Assembly: GCA_030141605.1 (NCBI GenBank)
Contig: JAQGDQ010000126.1
Span: 1-64,000 of the forward strand
Length of the DNA stretch: 64,000 nucleotides
Reading direction: 5' to 3'
Source: Tubiluchus corallicola
Taxonomy: Eukaryota; Animalia; Priapulida
Shown here: positions 24,700 to 38,310 of the stretch, piece after piece
Layout of the letters: every line of letters begins with the position of its first letter
Position numbering within the stretch: the first letter of the stretch is position 1
Made by a program: the position numbers and the translations under genes
The notes under the pieces: model-generated
What the model was told of the DNA's origin: nothing
What the model saw: only the letters and a program-made list of their open reading frames with translations
The model's database searches: none

Positions 24700-26940
24700 G
24701 ATAACTCTTTCTATTTTTAATAGAATATTGCAGGTCATTAATATATATTAGAAATAACAGGGGCCCTAAAATAGAGCCTTGTGGAACTCCTTGTGTAATG
24801 TTTTTTTTCATTTGAGAGGCAATCTTGGTATTTTACAGTTTGAGTTCTGTTGGAGAGGTAGCTTGAGAACCAGACCTACGATATACCTCTGATGCCATAA
24901 AAATGTAGTTTTTTAATAAAATTTTGTGATCAACAGAGTCAAAAGCATTTGACAAATCACAAAAAAACCGACACAGCTTGCTCAACATTATTTATTATGT
25001 AATCAATTATATTAATTAGGGCCAATTCAGTTGAACTTTGTTTTCTAAATCCAAACTCTTTTTCGTTTAAAGTTTTTCTAAGTAAGTTGTTAATTGCTTG
25101 TGGACTAACCTTTCCAGAATTTTTGAAACGAATGGTAAAATTGATAATGGCATATAATTATTTATTTTCATGGGATCTTCTGCCTTGAATGTAGGAACTA
25201 TTATTGATTTGTTAAAATTAGAAGGAACTATACCAGAAGTTAGTGATAAGTTGAAGGCGTGATGTAAAGGAGTAGCTAAAATATGAATTGAGTCAGCTAC
25301 GATTGTAGTTATAATATTATCAATACCAGCACCATTACTGCTGTCAAATGTTCTGCAAGCTGAAATGATTTCTTGTGGTGTTGTAGCCCGCATGAAGAAG
25401 CTAGATTGGTAATCACCATGTAAGAGGGTTTCAAATCTTGTGGTGCCATTATTGGTGATTTGGTTAGCTAGAGAACTTCCAATTGTCGAGAAATAATCAT
25501 TGAAGGTATTAGCAATTCGATTCGGGTCTGTTATTAAATATTTATTGATTTTCAATGTGATTGATGAAGACCATCGCTTATTATTCATCAACTCACGCAA
25601 AATCTGCCAAGTTTTTTTCACGTTTGTTTTTATGTTTTTGTAGTAGTGGTTTTTTGCAGATTTATGACATTTTTTAATCTATTTTTGTATTGCCTGTATT
25701 CAGTGGGAGAAGTATTTGTATTTTTAATGCATAATCTGTACATTTTATTTTTTTGTTTGATGCTAGCTAAGATTCCTGTTGTGATCCAGGGTTTTTTACC
25801 TTTGTGTATTTAGTCCGATTTGTAACTTGTCTTTTATCGTTTTTTATATGCTTGTCACATATTTCTTTAAATTTAGATAGAAACCTGTTGTATGCTTCTT
25901 CTGTGTTTTCGATACGATAAAAGTCATTCCAGTCAGTATCAACCAGGTCATGTAGTACATGTTGTTTAGTGTTATTATTATAAGTTACTTTTTTAGGTTT
26001 ATTATTTGGCAAATTGGCTTGGACGTTTAGGTCAATGAGCAAAACGTTAGGTAGATGATCTGTGATATCAGTTAAAATGTATTTGTATTTGTAACTGCCT
26101 TTTATTTGTTTGACATTGCGTTTGTGAATATATTGTCGATTAGTATTGCAGAGTAGTCAGTTATTCTTGCAGGGCAAGTTATTGTTGGAAAAATAAAATT
26201 ACTGATCATTGTTTCTAAGAAGTCAGTTGTCTCTTTGTGAAAAGTACAGTTTAGTAAATTTAGGTTAAAATCACCAAGTAAGAATAAATGTTTGTTTGTG
26301 TTATCCGTATTTGCTAATGTATTGGGGATTTTGCCTATGAATGCTTGTGGGTTCTCTCTTGGTGGCCTGTAAAAGACCCCTAAAATTATGTTTTTGCCTT
26401 TGTTTGTTTCTATTTCTATGGACAGACTTTCACAGTAACTTTCGCTAGATGATATATCTTTTCTTACAGTAAAATTTAGTCCTTTTTTATATAAAAGGCC
26501 ACGCCCCCTTTTTTCACTTGTCGATTATTTGTTAACAAACAATACCCAGGTAGTGGGTAAGAATTTTCTGTATTATCATTAAGCCAAGTTTCAGATGGGG
26601 CTAGTACATGGCAATCTAATTCTAATAATTGTAATAAATTACAGAAATGATCAAAATTGGATTTCATGCTGCGAATGTTAAAATGTGACAATTTGAAAGT
26701 GTTTTGAGATTTAATGTTATTGTGCATTGATAAGAACTGCTCATTATCATAATACTTGCTTTTTTGGAATTTCTCTTTTATTATTAAAATGTTTAGGTCT
26801 GGATCTGTCTCATCAAGTCTTTGTAGGTCACTAGATTCATAATTAAATAAGTTTAGTTTATGTTTATCTTCATGGGTAATAGCAAAATTAGATGGACGTG
26901 CAGTGTGGCTAAATTCCTGGTCTGCTATCATATGATTGAA
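24700..26940 (-). mobile_element. CR1/L2/Crack-group LINE ORF2 (APE endonuclease plus most of RT), decayed
   Basis: HFNIRS, SETWL, GDFNLNLL, TDHLP, MKKTWQIL, FNDYFSTIG, DLSNAFDSV and [20 protein letters not shown] motifs. Confidence 0.92.
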
Positions 26941-27805
26941 TATGAATATGTATGATTGAAAAAGCCAATTTTTGCAATATTTACGAGGTAGTGTTTAACA
27001 CTACGATGTGTTCCATTGTGGGGGATCCAGAAAGTCCTACAAAATGGTTCGCCCGGGCAAGTAGATTCATTCGCACAGAAAAACTAAGTCCACGCTTGTA
27101 TTCAGCATTCTAAAATACCCATTCCAGAAATTTTCGGATTTGTGCATTCGGCGTGCCTTACTTCCATGCCCGAAGGAATACCCTAAACTGGGTTGCTAGG
27201 CCAATTGTGTTGGTTTTTGCGAAAAAAACTAATGACAAATTTGCACTCAGTTCCATAAAGTACTTTTTCCTGTTACTTTCAGGTATGTTTATAGTCAACA
27301 TTAGGGAATTTTCTTGATCCCGGACCAATTCATAATGGCACCCTTAATGGGCTCGAAAAAATGGCACCCAGTGTAAGGAACACGCGCATTCGCTTACATA
27401 AGCCGTTGAATAAATTTATTGGGATGTAGAAACTCGGCGAGATCCACATTATTGATTACTGATTAGGTTTGGCGAGTCAGTGTATCATCTCTTCAACCAG
27501 ATTGACATGGATTACTTAATGAATGTATAATTCTGTGTACGTGAATGGCTAAATGTTAAGCCACATTCAATCAGAAACCAGAAGGCATGCTGTTTGTTTA
27601 ATTATCACGCAAATGAGAGTATTGTGGTGTGACAAAACGTTTACTTCAGAAGCTGGATTGTATACCCTCACCATGCAATAGCGTATTCAGTATAGTTTGC
27701 TTAAACATTACCCATTTGGCTTCTGTTAAATACATAATTAGTGCATAACGTTCTATATTGTAGGTTCTGCCTATATAAATTGGTTGTATGTTTGTAAAAA
27801 TTTTA

Positions 27806-27844
27806 CCATGATGATGACAGCAGTAGCTCTGTCGAAACGTTTGG
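27806..27844 (+). ncRNA. Degenerate Penelope-type minimal hammerhead ribozyme motif
   Basis: CCA TGATGA T GACAG cagtagct CTGTC GAAAC GTT TGG gives stem I CCA/TGG, stem II GACAG/CTGTC and a palindromic ACGT stem III. AATAAA follows at 27878. The core lacks the canonical C3. Confidence 0.55.
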
Positions 27845-27919
27845 CATGATTTATTAACTATGTAAAGTAAGAGTTTTAATAAAGTTGTGGTGTTTTAACT
27901 GTAAATGTTTTTAAGTGCC

Positions 27920-28440
27920 AGTAATAAAAGATAACAATGTGTTATAATCTCTGTGTGCTTCAATAATTGGGACACCCATTTGCTTTCTTAAACTGGTTGC
28001 AGAATATTTGTGTCGTGCAGATGACGCTTAGTGTGAAAAACCTGAAATTAGTCTAAGTGCGTAATTTCGTAAGGTGTTTAACTTAATGTAGTTATCCCTC
28101 TTATCATTGTGAAAAAGATTACAACCACAAAGGCAGTGTGGTAGTGTTTTAAAAAACTTGTATATTAACATTTTGTTTGTGTGGAGTTGACCCCAGACTT
28201 GTCAGAGATAGGAAGTGCTAGTTGCAATTTTTTCATAGATACTTTGAAATTGCTCATCCCAAGATAATGAATTGTTTATTTATACCTAATACTAAAATTT
28301 TTACTGTGTTAGTTTGAGTGATTTGATCATTTCCAATCTGTAAATGCCTGTTTGCGATATCATTGTTATTATGGAAAGGTGATAATTTCATGAAGTCTGT
28401 TTTGTCATTGTTCATTCTGCGTTTGTAATATGTTAATGCT
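27920..28440 (-). mobile_element. LINE fragment downstream of RT (I/Nimb/Jockey-like)
   Basis: The minus strand reads MNNDKTDFM, LQIGNDQITQTNTVKIL, WDEQF...K and LNTLRNYALRLISG, resembling the post-RT region of LINEs. The clade is uncertain. Confidence 0.5.
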
Positions 28441-28829
28441 TGACTAATGGTTGATAAGTTTTGTTTCAGCTGGTACTTTGCGACATTAACGTTTCCACGT
28501 GCTACGAAAATTGTGGTGTCGTCTGCACATTGAGAGATATGAGAGTATGATGGTATGAAACTGTGCTACACTCCACAAACAAACAAACAAACATGTTAGT
28601 AGTAACAGAACTGTCACTATTAGGGAGGTGCCATTTTGTTGCTGAATTCCATAAATAATATCAATCTATATATATGTAATATACAAGGTAAATAGCTAAA
28701 TTATCTATATGATGGTTTATCATATATCTTTTGGCTATCTAACTACTGAATTGCATTTCGATGTTGTTTCTAAATTCTGGTAAATTTAGAGAGAGAAAGA
28801 GAGAGCGAGAGAGAGAGAGTGAAAAAAAT

Positions 28830-30721
28830 TAATAATCAGGTGTTTCGTCAGACGGGAAATGCGAAGCTATTTTCGGTGACATTTTTGAGCTGGACTTAAC
28901 AACTTTTGATTTTAAATGTAAATGGCTGGGGAAACCAAATAGCAGTAACGGCGAGAAATACGTTAAACCGTTGTTAGTTCAGCTGTCTTGTGCTAGCCTG
29001 CGAGAGCGGGTAATCAGTCTAGCGAACCGACTTAAAGACCGTGTGATTCGCACAAGTCAGTGTTTGTTAAAAGGTACATTCCACCGAATGAACATCAACA
29101 TGGCTGCCTTGCGACAGACTCCCCTGACCTGCAGTGGACATACTCGTTCTGTTGTGCATCTTAGCATCGGTGACATTGCCCCAGACGGTTATTTCTTGAT
29201 CTTAGCTTCTAAAGACGACAAGCCAATGCTGAGACAGGGCGACACTGGTGAATGTACAAAAAAAGGAACAAACAGCTAATTGATCATGCACCACTATCAT
29301 TGCTAGTTCAACCTGACTTTATCATCCCTTCTAGTGAGCTCGTGGCACACGAGTAGTTTGGGCGGCTATAATTGTCATAACAAAAGTGTTGTATGTGCTA
29401 AACCTGTAAAAGCTAAATGTCGAGAGAATCGTTGTCATCATTTGCTATGGTGGACTAGCTTCCGTGCGTTATAATGATGGAGTTGGTTTTGATGTTGTTA
29501 ATTCTTTGTGTTCTACCATCACTGATGTCGTTTACAGGGCTACTTGCGATAATCGATCTAGAAGAAGAGTTAGTGCAGCTGCCGACCTGAGAGTTTGGCT
29601 TGCAACAGGCAGCTCTTTCTTGCAAGCTGGTAATGAAAGACAAGTTTGAAAAGCTATTAACTAGGCAGGTAATTTTTTTTATAAAGAATTGCACAATGTC
29701 GACAAAAAGCTATCAGACATTGCGTTCAGTGTTTTTAGATCTCGTTTGTATAAAAGCGATCAGGAGCCTGCTGAGATGGATGTTAGTCAGTGCCCATTCA
29801 TGCCTGTAGTGGACAATAACATTTTGTTGCAAGATGTTAATGACCACTTCTGCTGTGGATGGTGGCAAAGCTGCTGGACGTGATGGACCCTCACTTGGAA
29901 TCACCAAGACCTTTACCAACTGATTTTATTACTAATGTTCATAATTTCTTAAATGTGATTTTTACGTCAGGTGTTTATCTAGACATATGGTCTCGGTCTT
30001 GTTTAGTAACTGTATTTAAGCGGGGGGGGGGGGGGTGATCAGTAATTGCTCAAATTAGAGGGCATTGGTGTCATTCATGTTTTAGCAAAGTTATACGATG
30101 TGATACCGAATAAGGGGTTAAGTTCTTGGTGGTGTTCGGATGTCGAACAAAGTGGGACACAAAATGTCGGTGGTCTACTGAGCATATTTTCACTCTTCGA
30201 TTACTAAATGAATGCGCTGTAAGTTCAGGCAAGAAAACGTTTTATTGCTTTTATTGACTTCTCTACTGTTTATGATAGAGTGCCTAGGAGAAAATTGTTG
30301 CTTGAACTTGTCAGGGTTGGTTATGCGCTAGAATAGTCAGGGTAATTCAGCCTATGTATACTACTGCTAACACTGTGATTGATAGTGAAACTTTTGATGC
30401 TAATGTAGGTGTTAGACAGGGTTCTCCAAGCAGTTGATTTTTTTGTTTGCACTGTTTATTAACCCTCTGATCCGTATGTTGAAAGTGGATGATGTTTCTT
30501 TGTGAGAAACGTGCACAGTCTAATGATGCTAGATGCTAGTGTAATATTCGAAACCTCTCGTGATAGCCTTACTAACAAATAAATGTTTTAAGTAATTTCT
30601 GTTGTTCTTCTAAAATGCAAATTTACTGCGTTAAAATTAAGTTTATGGTTATTAATGGCACCACAGTCGACCGTTTTCTTATTGTTATAAACAGCTTGGT
30701 TACAGTTCAACATTGTACTAG

Positions 30722-30755
<34 letters not shown>

Positions 30756-31620
30756 GGGTTCACCTGTTACAGAGGATGGTAATTTTAGTACTGTTCTGCA
30801 GATTAAGCATATAAGATTAAGCATGTAACTACATTTTATTCATTTTTCACCCAGTGACCCAGATGCCTTCTTTTATGTGAAAAAATCAGTAATGAATGCA
30901 GCTTTAATTTCGTTAATCTCACGTGGCTTGGAAACTTGGTGTCCGTACATTTAAAGTCATTTGACAAGATATATCTGCAATGTTTGAAAGCCTGCCTTGG
31001 TGTTCGTAATTTTGCTCTAAACGAACTTACTTTGTTTGAAGTCGATTTACCTTCACTTCGGGTCTATGTTATACATCGAATGGTTAGTTTTTTGGAGAAA
31101 AAATTCTTGCAAAGCTTGATTATTTAGCGTTAAATTGTGCAAGTAATTTTCAAAGTAATGTGGCTTCATTCATCACTGAAAATGTGTTTGGTAGGTTCAA
31201 TTCTGATGTTATTGCTGATGACAAACATCGTAGACTGAATTATATTAGAGTTGCTTCAGGTGCTAAGTTACATATTTAGAGATCAACAAATGATAATTTT
31301 AATTTAAGCTTAGTTTACTCTAGGCATTATGCAGGTATAGCCGAAAAGCATAGGATAGCTTTTTCTAGGTCTACGTTAGGGTCACATAATTTATTAGTTG
31401 AGACTGGTCGTTGGGCGAGGATATCCAGAGAACGGCGCCTTTGCCCATGTGACCGTTCGAACATTCAAAGTGATGAAAATGTTTTATTAGATGTAGTATT
31501 ACTGCTGATTCAAAAGATGACTCTAACTTGAACCTTGATACTATATGTGACTTGTACAAATGTGATTTATCTCTTCTCTGTTTTTATATTTATAGCTGTC
31601 TTAATCACTTTAATTGAGCT
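28830..31620 (+). mobile_element. Heavily decayed LINE (ORF1 remnant, RT, C-terminal Cys motif; RTE-X/Proto2-like)
   Basis: WLGK...KPLLVQL (ORF1-like), RGIGVIHVLAKLYD, EHIFTLRLL, FIDFSTVYDRVPR, GVRQGSPSS and GSHNLLVETGRWARISRERRLCPC. Confidence 0.8.
30723..30752. repeat. (TA)n microsatellite within the LINE
   Basis: Seen directly. Confidence 0.95.
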
Positions 31621-33400
31621 CAGTATTTTCCAGACTGTTTGACTGCTTCTGATATATAGATTTAAGTTGGGAAATGTCACAGCTAACTATTTTAATAGAT
31701 AAGAATTTAATGAACGTATATGGGCACAGTACTTACAACATAAAGAACATTGATCCTGCACATAGGATGGAAAGCCTCCTCAAACAAATTAGTAGAAACA
31801 ATAATAACAGAAACACAATAATAAACGGCAAAAATAAATAACAGAAAAGCTGGCAATAGTAAGAATACATTTTGTGGTTGCGACTGAAGTTATGTAAATT
31901 GTCACATGCAGTAAGTTACGCGGCTCATATAGCTATCATACCAGCGGTATAATTGATTACAGTACAATTCAGAAAGAAATTGCGGTTTTCTTTTAAAGCC
32001 TGTAAAGCAATTATTATTGAGTTAGAATATCGACTTCAGAGTTTATTTCCTTCTAGCATCCGTTGCCATTAATTAGGGATGCTAACGTCGCAAACCATGC
32101 TGAACTTTGCGTAATTCCTGTATAGTTATTATTAATAAGTCTTGCAACTCCTCTTACACAGCAATTATGGGGAAAATAATTGGCAGCTTTAACAAGACTA
32201 TGCTGGAATCTATGAAGGTGAAATTTTTACATTTGGTTTCTACCAGCAGTAGATGCGCGCTGTAAGACCAACAAGGATCGGATGTATATTACGCCTTGAT
32301 ATAGTTGTCCATGTACCCCTTCTATATTGCAATGGATCGCCTCTTACGCAAAACTATTGAATACTGATTACAAATTACATTACACTTCGTTCAATTACAA
32401 AATCAGTTTATGGTTAAAACATACTAACTTGGCTTTCTTAGCATGCAAATGTTTTTCTTCTTTCCGGAGCCCCTAAAGGAGCATAAGAAAAAAATTCGAC
32501 GAGTTAAAAACTCATTATCCTAAGTTAATGAGTAATATTTCTGATGTGCTATGTCAATTCCTGGAAATATTGTCACTGTATGAAGACAGTGCAGAGTTGT
32601 TCTAGTGGTGTATGCAATTACGCTTTTAACAGATAACTAACTGGGTTAATTGTGTCCATCTGCCAGGGGCTTTAGCCAAGTTAAATTCGAATTTTAACAT
32701 TGATCAAACCCAATCCGCACTAATCGACTAGTACGTTGAGAATTTAATCTGTGTCCCCTTAGATACAAGCTATATAGGCCCAGCAATTAACCCAAATATT
32801 TGTTCAATTAATTAACTAAATGACTAGCCAATTGCTTTAGCAGTTTTCGTTCACTCGGATGACTGTATCTCTGTTTAGTAACTGTACGCGTGACCACTTC
32901 AAGCAGACAACATTGTACAATTGTTAACAAGCTTATAGATAACAATTTTATTGTGAATTATTAACATATTATTTAAGCTCTAATCCAAGCACACTGTAGT
33001 TCACAAATTCAAAATATATAATTTCAAACAGCATAATTTGATTGCAATTTTATGTTCCGGCACAATTCAACTATCACAATAACATAGACCTACTTCATAA
33101 TTATTGAATTGGCATCATTTACCCATTACTAAAATATTCCAAAATTCCTGACAAAATCTTGTGACATGTAATATGCAAGAGCTTACGTCAAGGATGAGAT
33201 TGAGGAATCAAGAGCAGCTAAAAGGACGTAAGTCTCCTTGCTGGATAATTACGATGTCACTTGCTTCTGTAACATCTTTGTTCACTTCTTTCTGTATCCC
33301 GCCTGATGGCCTTCCAATGGCGGACTATAAATGACTAACAACTACTAAAATAAGTGAAATATCGTAAAAGAAAAAGTCAAAACAAATTCTTTATTTTTTA

Positions 33401-33434
33401 AGAAACTTTCGTCCGTCTCGGACTTCATCAGCTG
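33401..33434 (-). ncRNA. Penelope-type minimal type I hammerhead ribozyme motif within an inverted repeat
   Basis: The minus strand reads CAG CTGATGA A GTCC gagac GGAC GAAA GTTTCT, with an intact CUGAUGA/GAAA core and stem II. The inverted partial copy on + has GGACGAAAGCTTCTG-AATAAA, which supplies the palindromic stem III and the stem I partner. Confidence 0.72.
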
Positions 33435-33534
33435 CACAGCTTCGGACGAAAGCTTCTGAATAAATAAAGAATTTTTGAGATTAATGGGCATGGATCATTT
33501 GTGATCACGGTAGGTCTCAGAAAGTTCTGGTCTA

Positions 33535-33660
33535 GTGGCACGGGGTAGAAATGACACGATAAGATGGCACAGGGAAAAATGGCACAAATGGAAAAGAAGG
33601 AAAAGCAACACAGGTAAGAATGGCAGAGGAAAAATCACACAAATGGAAAAGTAGGCAAAA
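33535..33660 (+). repeat. Degenerate ~15-bp minisatellite (GGAAAAATGGCACA-like)
   Basis: Units such as GATAAGATGGCACAG, GGAAAAATGGCACAA and GGTAAGAATGGCAGA. Confidence 0.7.
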
Positions 33661-34339
33661 ATATTGCGTTGATATATATTATGCTGCAACATGTAGTATA
33701 CTGTAGACACGGCTTAATAAACTCATTTTCGAATGAAGTGTTTTGATAGCCCGTTAGACTGCAAGGCAGAACTTCAAATGCTCGAGCTTCTATACATTCC
33801 TGAGCAATAGGAATAATTGCAGCTGGACCAGTAATTAACAGATTAGGCTACGTTAGCATGTTATTGATAGTTAGAAAAAATGCATTGTTTGCTAATTAGC
33901 TAATTACAGTGTTCATCTATTCGTTGTAATAAATATATCTAGCGTGTTCTTCAAAGTAAGGAAAGGATAGATTAATTTGTTTGGGCGATGCAATAACAAT
34001 ACAAGCGAAACATAAAAGAAAATAATGTATATATTGAACTGCTGGTGGCGCCACCCGGGGGTGGTTCGGGCCTGCAGAAACGGCAGCCTAATAATGGTTT
34101 TAACATAACTAGACTAAAGCACAGTTGAATTAAATGTCACTGTTGGCTATTATTGTTTGTTAAATCAAGTTGAAACAAACTCAGATTTTTTGGAAGGCCT
34201 AAACTAAGTGAGACAATAGAAAATTAAAGAAAAGCATAACAGAGAAGTGAACCAAAACAAACTGCACCTAGCTCCCCATACAGCTGGTAGCAAAAAAACT
34301 CTAGGCCGGTCAGAAGTAAGCACAGACACGAATTACACA

Positions 34340-35400
34340 TTTACACTTTTTTAGAATTTTTTTATACATATTGTTCTTTCGAGTGATAGATCGTGATTTT
34401 GCCTGTTGTTATCCAGGGTTCTCTTTCATTATTCTTACCATAACCTTTAACTTTAGTTTTAATATGCGAGTTATAGACGTCCATGAATTTATCCTGGAAT
34501 ATTTCCATGGCATCATTAACTTCGTGAGTGCACAAGACGTCATTCCAAGAGATATTAACTAACGCATTTGTAAAGGCGGCATTAATATTTTCCTTATAAA
34601 GAACACTCTTGATAAAAAGTAGGTAATTCAGGAAGGCTAAAATCAGTTAGTATGAAGACAGGAATATGATCTGTAATGTTAGTTAGTAAGGTACCTGCAG
34701 TGAAAGCATGGTCAATGCCGTTAGATCATTGCGAATGAAATAATGAGGATGATTCCTAATGAACAAAGCCACACCACCGCCACGACGGGAATTCCTATTA
34801 ATACGTGAAAATTTATAACCAGTTAGGTAGAATTCATGATCAGAGTTGGTCAGCCACGTTTCAGTTAAAACTATGATGGAGAAATGGTAATTTCACAATT
34901 GCAAGTGTGCGTTAAGAAGATCAAAATTACATTTTAAACTGCGAATATTGAAATATATTAATGAAAGTGATTTGTCATCACGATAATTATGGCTGGCTAT
35001 TAGCGACTTATACTGGGTTTCGTCATAGTATTTACTGTCGATGAGCACACTAATATGAGTTGAAAAATTGTATATCAGGATCCGCATCTATAATTACATC
35101 AAAATCATTAGGATAGTCACCGTCAAAAAATTGTTGTCAAGAATGGAACCAATATTGGCAAAACTGGTGCATAGGTTCAAATTCATTGTCGTAATTAAAA
35201 TGATTAATGGGGAAAATGTTCTTCAGGCAGTTACCCAGTTACCGCAAATCCATGAATCAGAATTAATTCTCATGCGTTCGAAATAAGTATTGGATAAAGG
35301 AGAACACTTCAAATGTACCCATGAGACACAACAATCACACCAAAGTGAGTACTGATTTCGCCTGACCAGACACATTTTGAGCAGAATGAACACAAATCAG
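34340..35400 (-). mobile_element. CR1/L2/Crack-group LINE ORF2 5' fragment (PHD remnant plus internally deleted APE endonuclease)
   Basis: CSFCSKC, YFNIRSLKCNFD, VLTETWL, GGGVALFI, TDHIPVF and PWITTG motifs. Confidence 0.85.
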
Positions 35401-35769
35401 CAATTGTGAAGAGAGACAGGGAAAGTAAAGAATGATAATAAATAAATATAAACAAAAGCAAAAATTTAAAAAAATATAAATAACAGGTTACGACCACGGT
35501 TGCATGCAAGCTGTCATGACTATGAAACATAATATGATTATACCAATGCGAGATAAAAAGCAAAATATATGCAAATAGTGATAAGCTTACATGTAAGTCT
35601 ATATACTTATACCAAAATATATCCACGCGTATCCATAAACCATATCTATAAATATATCTGTATATATCCATAAACACGCGTATACATACATATACATGCA
35701 CATATATATATATATACACATACATAATCATGTACAGATGCGTAACAGCCAGATACTATAATAACTCTT

Positions 35770-38310
35770 CTATCATTCGATATATTTTTTGATATACTAA
35801 GAAACACCTACAACCGACGTTTTCCATTAAAAACACTGTCAAGAAGCGAATCAATAACGTTTCGAAAGCCATGGAATTACTCCAGGTATTCTCCAATTGG
35901 TGAAAACTAAAGCTAAGCTGTATACAAGTCACAAAATGTTCAATAGTTTAAAAAGAATTATTATAGGATATATAGTAATAAACTAACACACCTGTAAGAA
36001 TGATAAAAAGCAATATTATTCAAATGTTATGAAGAGTGTAAAAGGTAATATGAAAAAAGCATGGTCGGTAATAATTCACTCATTAACAATGGCAAAAAAC
36101 GCAAAAATGTTCCCAATAAATTACTAATAAATAATACAGAATATAGTGAGGCAATCGATATTAGTGAAAAATTGAATGAATACTTTGCAAATATAGGACC
36201 ATTAGTGGCAATAAAAATTCCTGACTCAGTATGCACCTACAAAGACTTTTTAAAACAACCTAAACTAAATTCATTTTTAATAAACCCAGTTAAAGCAACA
36301 GAGGTGTCTTCACTGATCAGGCAACTTGACTTGAACAAGTCCAATGGTCCTGAAGATGTACCAATAACATACTAATGTTAGTGCTACACAAGTATTAAAC
36401 CCAGTCTTAACAACCCTATTTAATAAATCCACCACTAGCGGAATTTTTCCAGGTGTTTTGAAACTAGCCAAAATCGTACCAATTTATAAAGCAGATTCAC
36501 CATTCAATCTCAACAATTACAGGCCTATCTCCTTATTATTACACCTTTCGAAAATCTTTGAACAACTCATCTATAACAAGCTTGACAAATTCATTAGTAC
36601 TAATAATTTACTGTCAAAGTATCAATTTGCATTCAGAAAAAACATTCTACTTCTTTAGCAGTTTCCGAGCTTGTAGATAATTTACTCGAACAGTTATACA
36701 GTTACAGTTAGAAAAGCTATAACGTGTTGTATATTCCTAGATCTATTCAAAACCTTTGATACTGTTCAACATACTATTTTACAAAACAAACTCGAACATT
36801 ATGGAATAAGAGGATTAGCATATTCCTTTTTTGTTTCATATCTTACTAACAGAAAACTGTTCACAGCAGTAAATGACATACACTCAAAATTCCTACCTAT
36901 AACTTGCGGCATACCCCAGGATCCACACTCGGACCACTGCTATTCCTACTCTACATCAATGACTTACCTAATTGTTCTAATTGTCAAAACATTTTGCAGA
37001 TGATACTAACCTTTTGGTCTCCAAGACTAACCTAACTGATTTGCAAGCAACCAGTTAATCATGAACTAAACATGGTAAACGTTTGAATGAATGCTAATAA
37101 ATTAACAGTCAATTACAAAAAATTAGTTTATGTTAATCAAGTGTAGACAAATAAAATCTAACATTCACACGCCATGTAAATTGTGTATAAAAATAAATAA
37201 CCAATGCTTAGACGAAGTTACTAGTATCAAATATTTGGGCCTTATTATTGATAATAAACTCTCATGGTCTGCACATATCTAACACGTAATTTACAAAACC
37301 GGCAAACTAATAGTTATTATGTATATGAAAACTTAGACATTTTTTAGACTTAAGCACACTTACATTAATACATTATGCACTAATTTATCCTTACTTCCAA
37401 TATAGTATCTTGGCTTGGGGGTGGCACCTCTCAGACATTACTACAGCCTTTGATTACCAAAAAAAAAAAAATAGTTAAGATAATTACGTTTGCTAAATTT
37501 ACAGATCATGCTACTGCTTCAGTTTACTCAATTTGTCTGACGTATATAATTTAGAACTTGCTAAACTCATGTATAAATTTGAACAACAAATACTGCCTGA
37601 CCTGTATGCATATTATTTTATCCCTGTTTCTAATATTCATACACATTATACTAGGTCTGCTGCAAATAATTTTTATTACGTTAAACGTATTAATACTTCA
37701 CTGGGTCAAAAATCACTAAAACACCAAGGTGTAAAACTGTGGAACCTGTTACCGTCTTACACCACAAACTCTGGTACCTTCAGAATATTAGCCAAAAGAT
37801 ATAAAGGAGAATATGTCATCTTATGTCATTAATTAAATGTTAATCAAACCAGTTTTATTTTGGCTTGTTTCATTTCATTTCGTAGATTTTGTTATGCTTT
37901 CTTTATTAACCAGGTTTGTCGTTGTATGCGTGCCTAACGTTCTTCATTTTTAAAATAGTCTTGACTCTTGAGTTACTTTCAGTTGTTTTGAATTTCTTCA
38001 CTTGACAGGTTTTAATTTTGTTACGCTAAAATGAACTTCATTGAAGGAATCTCTAAAATTAATAGTGTTATAAATGAACTTTAATCCAGCTATGAACAAA
38101 AGGTATTAAATCTGTAAATAGGGGTGGCTGACCTAATTGACCGTATGGTCTTTCGCCACTCTTTCTCCATACAATTAAGCTTTCTTTCCAACACTAAGTA
38201 GGCTACTAACAAATATCTATTAGTTTGTAAATTGTCAAAAGTATCACTAGGTTAATCATGTACTGCAAAACTGAAAGGAAATAAATAAACAATCTTAATC
38301 TTAATCTTAA
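35770..38310 (+). mobile_element. CR1/L2/Crack-group LINE 3' half (RT, C-terminus, 3' UTR, (AATCTT)n tail)
   Basis: LNEYFANIGP, NYRPISLL, LGPLLFLLYINDLP, FADDT and HTHYTRS...G.KLWN.LP motifs; tail AATAAATAAAC(AATCTT)3 at ~38279-38309. Confidence 0.92.

Noticed and set aside
32642-32794. MITE suggested by the TGGGTTAATTG/CAATTAACCCA inverted pair
   Set aside because: Only an 11-bp perfect match, with no clear TSD or second copy in the window.
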